Assembly: GCA_963716855.1 (NCBI GenBank)
Contig: CAVQUV010000015.1
Span: 11,164-75,163, forward strand
DNA from: an uncultured beta proteobacterium
GTDB lineage: Bacteria > Pseudomonadota > Gammaproteobacteria > Burkholderiales > SG8-39
Reading direction: 5' to 3'
Length of the DNA stretch: 64,000 bases
Made by a program: the position numbers and the translations under genes. How positions within the stretch are numbered: position 1 is the stretch's first letter; the number at the start of each line of letters is the position of its first letter. Positions 47,411-55,201 of the stretch are shown in pieces. The notes beneath the pieces are model-generated. The model did not search any database. It was not told the DNA's origin and saw only the letters and a program-made list of their open reading frames with translations.

Positions 47411-47433
47411 AACCTAGGAAAAGGAGTACGACC

Positions 47434-47640
47434 ATGAAGAAATTTGCCATTCTGCTGTCCGCCATCGGCTTTGCCGCCGCCGCGCCGTTCGCTATCGCTA
47501 GCGAAGACGGTCTCGAACTCATGCCCAGCCGGATCGAAGGCGTCGAGATCACGCACTTCGTGCGCGACGCGGGCACCCCCGCGCTGAACGATGCCGACGC
47601 GTTCTACGCTCGCGGCACCGGCGGCGTCTCGCCCCAGTAA
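47434..47640 (+). CDS. hypothetical small secreted protein (68 aa)
   Basis: GGAAAAGGAG lies before the ATG. Signal peptide MKKFAILLSAIGFAAAAPFAIA. Followed by a strong terminator. Confidence 0.6.
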   Translation: MKKFAILLSAIGFAAAAPFAIASEDGLELMPSRIEGVEITHFVRDAGTPALNDADAFYARGTGGVSPQ

Positions 47641-47656
47641 CGCAATACCGCCCGAC

Positions 47657-47684
47657 AAAAAGCCCGGCTGCGGCCGGGCTTTTT
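47657..47684. terminator. bidirectional rho-independent terminator
   Basis: aaaaa-agcccggc-tgcg-gccgggct-tttt, between convergent genes ending at 47640 (+) and 47734 (-). Confidence 0.8.
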
Positions 47685-47733
47685 GCTTGGTGCGCGCGGG
47701 AAGTCGCAGACCTGCGCGATCGCGTCGGCCGCG

Positions 47734-48393
47734 CTACCAGGCGCGGGGCGGCCGGCGCTGAATGACGATCTTCCCGCCCTCGTTGGCGATGTAGCCCCCG
47801 GTGGTCAGGTCCTTGAGGATGCGGCTCACCATCTCGCGAGACGCGCTCACGCGATCGGCAATGTCCTGCTGCGTGAGCCGCTCGTCGATGGCCAGCTTCC
47901 CGTCGGACTCCTTCGCGCGCTCGAGGAGGAATTTTGCCACCCGTCCATACACGTCGAGCAGCGCGAGGTCCTTGAGGCTTTCGGTCGCGTGGCGCGTGCG
48001 GGCGATCAGGCCCCGGATGAGCTGCAGGGCCGCCTCGGGATGGCTGGTGAGAAAGCCCCGGAGAACATCGTTCGCGATCACCGCCATCTTGGACGGCTCC
48101 AGGGTCGCCACTGACGCCGAGCGCGGACCCTCGTCGAGGGCGAGCTCACCGAAATATTCGCCGGGGCCCTCGACATTGATGACGAGGTCTTTCCCGTGCT
48201 CGTCGCTGACGAACACTTTCACGCGGCCGGAGAGGATCACGTAGAGCGAATCGCTGCGCTCCCCCTCCGTCACAACGATGGTGTTCTTGGGGAACGTGCG
48301 CACGATCGCCGCGTCGGCAAGCGTGGCGATCTCCTGCGGCGAGAGCCCGGAGAAGAGCGAAACCGCCTTCAACGACTCGGTGATGGAGAGCAT
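47734..48393 (-). CDS. Crp/Fnr-family transcriptional regulator (cNMP-binding + HTH)
   Basis: 219 aa with YVILSGRVKV, FGELAL and a C-terminal HTH (TQQDIADRVSASREMVSRILKDL). Confidence 0.9.
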   Translation of the reverse strand: MLSITESLKAVSLFSGLSPQEIATLADAAIVRTFPKNTIVVTEGERSDSLYVILSGRVKVFVSDEHGKDLVINVEGPGEYFGELALDEGPRSASVATLEPSKMAVIANDVLRGFLTSHPEAALQLIRGLIARTRHATESLKDLALLDVYGRVAKFLLERAKESDGKLAIDERLTQQDIADRVSASREMVSRILKDLTTGGYIANEGGKIVIQRRPPRAW

Positions 48394-48632
48394 GCGCGGC
48401 GCGGCCCGGATGGGCGCCCATCATAGCCCAGCGTTCGTGCCGTCGGAGGCGGGCGAGCTCGCGCTCAAAGGCCTCCAGCGCCCGGTCACCGCCTACAACG
48501 TCCCGCGGCTGCGGGATTCGGGCCGAATCGCACAGGACCGGACGTGCACGGCGCGGCGAGCGTAACAAAGTCACATCCTGGCCGGTGCTCCGGTCCGCAG
48601 ACCGCGCGGCGGCGCGGGCGTAGTCTGCCGCC

Positions 48633-48911
48633 ATGAGGCTCACCCAGATCCGCGCATCACTTGCCGCGACGTTGCTTTTCGCCACGTCGCCAGGATTCGG
48701 CGGCACCTGGGCGGCCGAGCCCTGGGCCCGGAGCTTCCCGCAAGCGTGCACGCCCGAGGTGCAGAAGTGCCTGGAGAAGCTCGAGGCCCGGCTCCACATC
48801 CACGGCCGCACGCGCGACCGGACCGGAATCGAGCGGGTGCTGCTCGAGCTGCAGGAGACGGACCCGGAGTGCGCCCTGCTGCTGCAGAGCACCGAGTTGC
48901 ACGGTTTCTAG
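48633..48911 (+). CDS. hypothetical small secreted protein (92 aa)
   Basis: Signal-like N-terminus MRLTQIRASLAATLLFATSPGFG and four Cys residues. No clear SD. Confidence 0.45.
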   Translation: MRLTQIRASLAATLLFATSPGFGGTWAAEPWARSFPQACTPEVQKCLEKLEARLHIHGRTRDRTGIERVLLELQETDPECALLLQSTELHGF

Positions 48912-48970
48912 ATCCTCGCTCGTCCAGTCGCGCTGCCTCGCGATACTCCGTGACCTTTTTCAGACCTTCC

Positions 48971-49480
48971 CTAACGCAGCAGATCCATCGAGAAATGCCC
49001 GCCGATCGCGTTGTAGATCTGCTGGGTCGTCACGAACGCCGGCGACGGCGCGCCGGTGAGCCACCCGCAGCTCAGCGCATAGGTCGACTGCCTGGACTCG
49101 GGTCCCAGCGCGATGCGGGTCACGCCGGCCATCGCGCTCGTCGCGCCGATCTCCTTCTCATCGTACTGCACGCCGCTCACCGTGTAGGTCCCGGGTTGCA
49201 TCACGCCGGCTGCACCCTGGGCCGGCTTGAGCCTGCAGTAGGGCATGCTCGGCGCAAGCTTCCCGGCATTCACGAGCTGCTGGTTCTGGAACAGCAGCTC
49301 GGCGTTTCCGGCCGGAAAATTCAAGGGCGTGCGCAACACGAAGCGGGACCCGCTCTCGACCTGCTGCGGCGGCGCCGGAGCGGCCGGCGGGGCGGCGTGC
49401 TGGCAGCCGATGAGCAAGACGAGCGCGCCTGGCAGCGCGATCCGCGCTAGACCGGAGCATGGCATTGGTTCGCGGTTCAT
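48971..49480 (-). CDS. hypothetical lipoprotein
   Basis: 169 aa from MNREPMPCSGLARIALPGALVLLIGC (lipobox LIGC). Confidence 0.6.
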   Translation of the reverse strand: MNREPMPCSGLARIALPGALVLLIGCQHAAPPAAPAPPQQVESGSRFVLRTPLNFPAGNAELLFQNQQLVNAGKLAPSMPYCRLKPAQGAAGVMQPGTYTVSGVQYDEKEIGATSAMAGVTRIALGPESRQSTYALSCGWLTGAPSPAFVTTQQIYNAIGGHFSMDLLR

Positions 49481-49597
49481 TTGTCGTTTCTGCTCCGTCC
49501 CTGTGTTCGCGCACCTGACCATCGCGCGTTTCCCTGCGAATATCGCACAGAATCGACGCACCGGATCGTCACCGGTGCCCGTCCGGCGCGGCGGCCC

Positions 49598-50638
49598 TCA
49601 GGCCGCTGGCGGAGCATTCGCGCCGCGTTCGCTGCGAACGATGAGCGGTTCGGTGAACAGCGACTTGATGACGACCTGCCGGATGGAGGGATCGTCCGGA
49701 ACCAGGAATAGGACGGGCGTGATCAGCTCCTCGAACAGCCCTCGCAGGCTGCGGGCGCCGTTCTTGTACTCGACCACCAGGTCCGCGATCTGGTCGAAGA
49801 CCTCCCGCTCGACGGTCAGCTCGACGCCTTCGCTCTTGAGGATGTCGCGGAACTGGTTGTAGATGGAGTTCGCCGGCTCGGTCATGATCCGGACGAGCAG
49901 CGGCTTGGTGAGCGCCTGGAAACGGGCGGTGATCGGCAGCCGCCCGGTGAACTCGGGGATCAGCCCGAACTCGAAGAGATCGGTCGGCTTGACGCGCGCG
50001 TTCAGCCTTTTCAGGATGCTCGGGTTGTCGTCCTCCGAGGTGGAGATGTACCCGTAGGTGTGGGTCGCCGAGGTGATCTTCTCCAGGCCGACGAACGCGC
50101 CGCCGCAGATGAACAGGATGTTGGTCGTGTCGATGTACTGCGCGTTGCCCAGCTTGACCATGCAGCCTTCCATGATCTTCAGGAGCGCGTGCTGGACGCT
50201 TTCGCCCGAGACGCCGCGCGGCTGACCGTGGCTCGCCTTGAGCTTGTCGATCTCGTCGATGAAGACGATGCCGTTCTGCGCCGTGTCGACGTTGCCGTCC
50301 GCCCGGTCGACGAGCCGCTGCAGGATCGCCTCGATCTCCTCGTTGACGTACCGGCTCTGGGCGAGGGACGTCGCCTCCGCGGTCACGAACGGAACGCCGA
50401 GCGCGCGCGACAGCGTCTCGCACATCAGGGTCTTGCCCGTTCCCGTCGGGCCGATCAGCAGGACGTTGCTCTTGGCGATCGGGGCGGTGTCCTGCCGAGC
50501 ACGCGCGATCTTCTTGAAATGCGAGTACACGGCGACCGCCAGTGTCTTCTTGGCGTCGTCCTGACCGATCACATACCGGTCGAGATACTTCACGATGAAG
50601 CTGGGCTTCTTGATGTCGGCGAGCACGGTTGCGTCCAC
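49598..50638 (-). CDS. ClpX-like AAA+ ATPase lacking the N-terminal zinc-binding domain
   Basis: 346 aa with [19 protein letters not shown], Walker A GPTGTGKT, Walker [32 protein letters not shown] and [11 protein letters not shown] start. The reading frame is closed upstream of 50638. Confidence 0.85.
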   Translation of the reverse strand: MDATVLADIKKPSFIVKYLDRYVIGQDDAKKTLAVAVYSHFKKIARARQDTAPIAKSNVLLIGPTGTGKTLMCETLSRALGVPFVTAEATSLAQSRYVNEEIEAILQRLVDRADGNVDTAQNGIVFIDEIDKLKASHGQPRGVSGESVQHALLKIMEGCMVKLGNAQYIDTTNILFICGGAFVGLEKITSATHTYGYISTSEDDNPSILKRLNARVKPTDLFEFGLIPEFTGRLPITARFQALTKPLLVRIMTEPANSIYNQFRDILKSEGVELTVEREVFDQIADLVVEYKNGARSLRGLFEELITPVLFLVPDDPSIRQVVIKSLFTEPLIVRSERGANAPPAA

Positions 50639-50831
50639 GTCGGTGCGATCGCTCAGGATACCGGTCGCGCCCCGGCGCGAGATTGCGGGGGAGGTCCGGA
50701 AGTCGGCAGTGTCTCATCGACTGCCCGACGCCGGCGCCGCATTGCGTCACACAAGCATCGGCGTTAGCCTTATTCTTTGGAACCAAGCCCGCTCCGCCCC
50801 CATCTCCTTCCCGGGGGGGACGGCCAGCACC

Positions 50832-51794
50832 ATGGACGCTCCCATCCCCCTAGGCGCAAGGCGCGTCATCGACGGCCAGCCGCGCGTCTACTACTACGGA
50901 TACTGGGTCAAGACCTACCCGGTCCCCGCCGACACGCTGGAAGCCAAGAAAGACCTGATCGCCGCGCTCACGCGCCGGCTGTTCAACCACACCGAGCACG
51001 GATTGAACGTGCCCGGCACGCGCCTCGACGCGGCGCGTCGCGCCTACGCGCAGGAAACCGACCCCGCGCGGCGCAGGATCAAGGGCGCCATGCTGGCCGG
51101 CGCGCTGTTCAACCGGGCCGCGGGCGTGTTCACCCAGCTCGTGGAAATCCAGAAGCTCGGCATCGAGATCCAGTCCGACAACCCGCTCATGCGGGCGTGC
51201 GGGGAGCACCTGAAGGAAGCGCTGGAGCTCGGCAAGCTGGTGCGGCACCGGAGCGGCGAGGAAGGCATCGACGAGCTGTGGGGGGAGCCCTTCAAGGCGT
51301 TCCTGCTTCCGCTCGAGAGCTTCTACGAAGGCCGCTACGTCAAGATCGCGGAGACGATGCGCGACATCGACGCCATCGCCGACGCGCTGACCAGAACCTT
51401 CGCGGACCTGCCTGCGTTTTCCGGGATCGAGACGAGCGTCGGCAATCTCGCGGAAGCGGCCAAGGTCGAGACCGAGACGCTCCGCACCGATCCGGACATC
51501 TTCGAGGTCTGGACGACGTTCGTCGCCGCCGCCGAGCGCCTCGCCGACTTCGCTCCGCGGCTGGCCGCCGACGCGTCGGCGCGGGCGAAGCGGGAGGTGT
51601 CCGACGCCCTGCAGCTCATCCGCGAGGGCAAGGACCTCATCACCCACGTCACGCGCGCCCGGGTGTCCATGCCCAAGAGCACGCGCGAGTTCACCGAACG
51701 CTGCGACCGGTTCCGCAGCGCAGGCGCGGCGCTTCTTCCCGGTGCGGCGCGGGCCGGGCGCGACGATGAAGAAGGCCGACTCCCTCCTGCCTGA
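50832..51794 (+). CDS. hypothetical protein (320 aa, no recognisable family)
   Basis: ATG 50832 lies 193 bp from the divergent ClpX-like start. The composition is non-repetitive and helix-rich (VYYYGYWVKTYPVP...), with no TM segment or signal peptide. Confidence 0.6.
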   Translation: MDAPIPLGARRVIDGQPRVYYYGYWVKTYPVPADTLEAKKDLIAALTRRLFNHTEHGLNVPGTRLDAARRAYAQETDPARRRIKGAMLAGALFNRAAGVFTQLVEIQKLGIEIQSDNPLMRACGEHLKEALELGKLVRHRSGEEGIDELWGEPFKAFLLPLESFYEGRYVKIAETMRDIDAIADALTRTFADLPAFSGIETSVGNLAEAAKVETETLRTDPDIFEVWTTFVAAAERLADFAPRLAADASARAKREVSDALQLIREGKDLITHVTRARVSMPKSTREFTERCDRFRSAGAALLPGAARAGRDDEEGRLPPA

Positions 51795-51957
51795 AGGCGA
51801 AGGGCTGCGCCGCGCCGTGGCCTGGCTGGCCGAGCAGCCGGCGCGCGATCTGCGGACGATCGAAGAGGCGAGCCGCCGCTTCAACCTCTCTCCGCTCGAC
51901 GAGGAGTTTCTCCTGCGGCACTTTCGCAATCCCGCGCGGGGCGAGGCAAACGGCTGA
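51766..51957 (+). CDS. hypothetical small protein (63 aa) overlapping the end of the upstream ORF
   Basis: ATG 51766 (MKKADSLLPEGEGL...) overlaps 50832..51794 by 29 nt in another frame. The start choice is uncertain (the track start is 51742). Confidence 0.4.
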   Translation: MKKADSLLPEGEGLRRAVAWLAEQPARDLRTIEEASRRFNLSPLDEEFLLRHFRNPARGEANG

Positions 51958-52010
51958 CGCCGTGGGCGCTGCGCGACCGGAAGGTCGGCGCGCAGGAGCG
52001 CCCCGCCGCC

Positions 52011-52364
52011 TCAGCGGCCCATGCGCCGCTCGTACGAATTCGAGACGCGGTTGATCAGGTCCGGGTCCTGCGCGGTCGCGCCCGCGGTATCGAACTGCAC
52101 GCGCACGCCGCCGTCGGCCTGCGTGCGCACGTTCGCCGTCACGTCGATGCCGCCGCGCCGGCCGCGGATGACGCCGTTGGCGCGGTCCTCCGCGGTGATC
52201 TGCACCCCCTGATCCGCGAGCGCCCCCGCCGCCGCCGACCACGAGCGGTCGAACGAGGTCGCCGGCGCGGGCGCGTACGTGGCGGGCCCCACCTGGTACA
52301 CCGTGCAGCCGGCAACGAGCGCGCTGGCCGCAATGAGGCCAATACAGGTACGACGTAGCCCCAT
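52011..52364 (-). CDS. hypothetical lipoprotein
   Basis: 117 aa with signal and lipobox IAASALVAGC. Confidence 0.6.
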   Translation of the reverse strand: MGLRRTCIGLIAASALVAGCTVYQVGPATYAPAPATSFDRSWSAAAGALADQGVQITAEDRANGVIRGRRGGIDVTANVRTQADGGVRVQFDTAGATAQDPDLINRVSNSYERRMGR

Positions 52365-52410
52365 CGATCTTCTCCCGATCCGAGTCGCGCGCGTCGGCGC
52401 GCGGGTTGGT

Positions 52411-53598
52411 CTAGATGAGCGCCTTGAGGATCCCCAGCAGCAGGCTCTTCACCGGCACCCTCGTCGCGAGCACGGCGATCATCGGCGCCGCGGCGGCAAG
52501 CACGAGCGGCGCGATCGAGCCCTTGCCGAGCGGCACTGTGCGCATCCGCTTCACCGCGTCGTAGACCGCCTGCGTGTCGGCGACCGGGCCGATCTCCGGC
52601 GCACGGAGGAGCGCGTCGTCGGCGAGCGGCTTGCCCTCGATCCAGCGATCGCGCACGAGTCGCCCGTGCTCGGCGACGAGCGCGCCGTACTCGAGCAGCG
52701 CCCGCTTCTTCGCGCGCCGCAGGCAGCCCGAGAGCGCGAGCGAAGGCGCGGCGAAGATCGCGACCACCACGACGACGAACGCGGCCATCTCGACGCGCAG
52801 CGACAGCGGATCGGCCGCGTGGTAGACGACGTCGTGCGTCCACCTGGCCGCGAGCACCGCGCCGATCGCAAGAACGACCGGTGCGAACGCCACCGGGATG
52901 CGTTCGACGAACCCCAGGCCGCCGAGGCGGTCGGGGTGGGTGGGCACGATCGACAGGCCGAGCCCCGCGATGCGGGCGAAGAGCAGCGCGAGCAGCACGA
53001 CGCGCCAGAGCCAGCCCAGCACCAGCACGAGATAGATCGGTCGGCCGACGTACAGCAGCCACCACCCGCCGAATCCCAGGTGCGGCGAGGCGCCGCCGGT
53101 CTCCTCCGCCCAGTCGAGCTCGTGCGCCCGATTGGCGATCTCGGGGATCGTCGCCATGGCCAATGCGAGCGCGACGATCGCGATCCATGGCAACGTCGCA
53201 TTGCGCAGCCGCGCGATACCCGACAGCGCCTCGCGAAAACGGGGCAGCGCGGCCTCGGGGACCAGCCCCGAGCGCACGAACTGGGGCAGCAGTAGGGTGG
53301 TCAGCGAGTGCAACAGCCCCTCGGCGAGGATCAGCAGCGGCACCGCGACGAGAAAGCGCACGTGCACGCCGAAATGGGCGAGCAGCGGCTCGTTGCCCGT
53401 CGCGCCGACCGCGCGACCGGCCAACCAGGCCCACAGGGCGATCGGGGCCCAAGTGAAAAGCGACCAGAACACGGCGCGGCGGACAAGGCCGAGCCCGTCG
53501 GCCGGAATGAGCCCGAGGCGGCGCTGGATGCGGAACAGGAGGTCGTCGCGGACGAGCGAGAGTCCGTCGCCGGGGAGGGTAGGGTCGGGAGAGATCAT
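52411..53598 (-). CDS. hypothetical polytopic membrane protein (395 aa)
   Basis: About 7-8 hydrophobic segments with a soluble segment near the C-terminus (LLEYGALVAEHGRLVRDRWIEGK). I recognise no family. Confidence 0.65.
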   Translation of the reverse strand: MISPDPTLPGDGLSLVRDDLLFRIQRRLGLIPADGLGLVRRAVFWSLFTWAPIALWAWLAGRAVGATGNEPLLAHFGVHVRFLVAVPLLILAEGLLHSLTTLLLPQFVRSGLVPEAALPRFREALSGIARLRNATLPWIAIVALALAMATIPEIANRAHELDWAEETGGASPHLGFGGWWLLYVGRPIYLVLVLGWLWRVVLLALLFARIAGLGLSIVPTHPDRLGGLGFVERIPVAFAPVVLAIGAVLAARWTHDVVYHAADPLSLRVEMAAFVVVVVAIFAAPSLALSGCLRRAKKRALLEYGALVAEHGRLVRDRWIEGKPLADDALLRAPEIGPVADTQAVYDAVKRMRTVPLGKGSIAPLVLAAAAPMIAVLATRVPVKSLLLGILKALI

Positions 53599-53703
53599 GG
53601 GATGGTCGTGGGAATCGCGCGCCAGCGCAATTCTAGGCTTGAGCGCCGCGAGCCCCTGTCCGCGACGCGACGACCCATCTCACGCCTACCCCGGAGGCGC
53701 TGC

Positions 53704-55185
53704 TCACTTTTTGGGAAGAACCGGCTTGAGGTGCGGCAATCCCGCGTCGTCGATGTCGAAGTCCGGATCGAACAGGGTCTTCCCCTGCGCGCCGAGGTAG
53801 TCCGATTGCACCTTCAGCCACTCGCTCGGCTTCTGCTGCTTAGCGTACGCGATGAGGCGGCCCTCGAGATCGCGGACGATCTCCGGGTTCTGCGTGGCGA
53901 CATCGTTCTTCTCGCCCGGATCGGCGGCGAGGTCGAAGAGCTCGGTCTTGCCCGGCAGCAATGCGATCTTCACCAGCTTCCACTTGCCCTTGATGACCGC
54001 GCCGCGGAACGCCTCGACGTTGACCAGGATGTCATCGTGGGGCGAGGCCTTGCCCTCGGCGACCGTCGCCCAGATGTCCACTCCGTCGAGCGGCTTGTCG
54101 GCGGGATTCGCCTTGGCGCCGGCCAGCGCAAGCGCGGTGGGCATGATGTCCACCATGTGCAGCGGCTCGTTGACGACGCGCGGCTTGAGCCGCGCCGGCC
54201 AGTTGAAGATGGTCGGCACGCGGACGCCGCCTTCGTGCAGGCTGCCCTTGCCGCCGCGGAGCTCGCCGTTGCTCGCCGGCAGCGATTCCTGCTTGACGCC
54301 GCCCGCGTCGCGCTCCTCCTTCGAGTGCGCGCCGCTCGCCACGACCGCGCTGCGGGGTCCGCCGTTGTCGCTGGAGAAGATGATCAGGGTGTTCTCGCGC
54401 AAGCCGCGCTTTTCCAGCGCGGCGACGATTCGGCCCACCTGGTCGTCGAGCGACGTGATCATCGCCGCGTAAGTGCGGCGCGTCGGGTCCTTGATCGTGG
54501 ACGCGTAGCGGTCTTCGTCGGCCTTCGGCGCCTGGTAGGGCGCATGGGGAGCGAGCGACGCGAAGTACAGGAAGAACGGCTTCGTCTTGTCCTGCTTCTC
54601 GATCAGCCTGACGGCCTCGTCGCCGAACAGCGTGGTGACGTAGCCCTTCTCGGTGATGAACTTGCCGTTGCGCTGCCAATCGGTCACGCCGCTGCGTTGA
54701 TGGGTGAAGTAGTCGACTTCGCCGACCGTGTTGCCGTAGAAATGCTCGAACCCGCGGTTGTTGGGCCAGAACTTCTGGTCGGCGTGACCCAGGTGCCACT
54801 TGCCGACCATCATGGTCCGATAGCCCGCTTCCTTCAGCACCTGCGGCAGCGTCCGTTCGTCGGTCGGCAAGCCGTAGCGATGGTTCGGGAAGATCACCAG
54901 GGTCTGCAGCCCATAGCGCATCGGGTACCGGCCCGTCATCAACGCCGCGCGGGCTGGGGTGCAGACCGGCATGCCGTGGAAGGATTCGAGCTGCACGCCC
55001 TCCTTCGCGAGCTTGTCGATGTTCGGGGTCTTGATGTCGCTCCCGCGATAGCCGAGATCGGCGTTGCCGAGATCGTCGGCCAGGATGACGACGATGTTCG
55101 GCCGGTCGGCGGCGACGGCCTGCGCCGCGGCGAGGATGCCGAGGCAAAACAAGCACAAGAACTTCAGTCGTTGGACTGGATTCAT
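53704..55185 (-). CDS. arylsulfatase (arylsulfatase B-like, Cys-type CTPAR)
   Basis: 493 aa from MNPVQRLKF (signal peptide). Contains PNIVVILADDLG, VCTPARAALMTGR and GKWHLG. Confidence 0.9.
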   Translation of the reverse strand: MNPVQRLKFLCLFCLGILAAAQAVAADRPNIVVILADDLGNADLGYRGSDIKTPNIDKLAKEGVQLESFHGMPVCTPARAALMTGRYPMRYGLQTLVIFPNHRYGLPTDERTLPQVLKEAGYRTMMVGKWHLGHADQKFWPNNRGFEHFYGNTVGEVDYFTHQRSGVTDWQRNGKFITEKGYVTTLFGDEAVRLIEKQDKTKPFFLYFASLAPHAPYQAPKADEDRYASTIKDPTRRTYAAMITSLDDQVGRIVAALEKRGLRENTLIIFSSDNGGPRSAVVASGAHSKEERDAGGVKQESLPASNGELRGGKGSLHEGGVRVPTIFNWPARLKPRVVNEPLHMVDIMPTALALAGAKANPADKPLDGVDIWATVAEGKASPHDDILVNVEAFRGAVIKGKWKLVKIALLPGKTELFDLAADPGEKNDVATQNPEIVRDLEGRLIAYAKQQKPSEWLKVQSDYLGAQGKTLFDPDFDIDDAGLPHLKPVLPKK

Positions 55186-55201
55186 GATTCCTCTATGTCG
55201 G

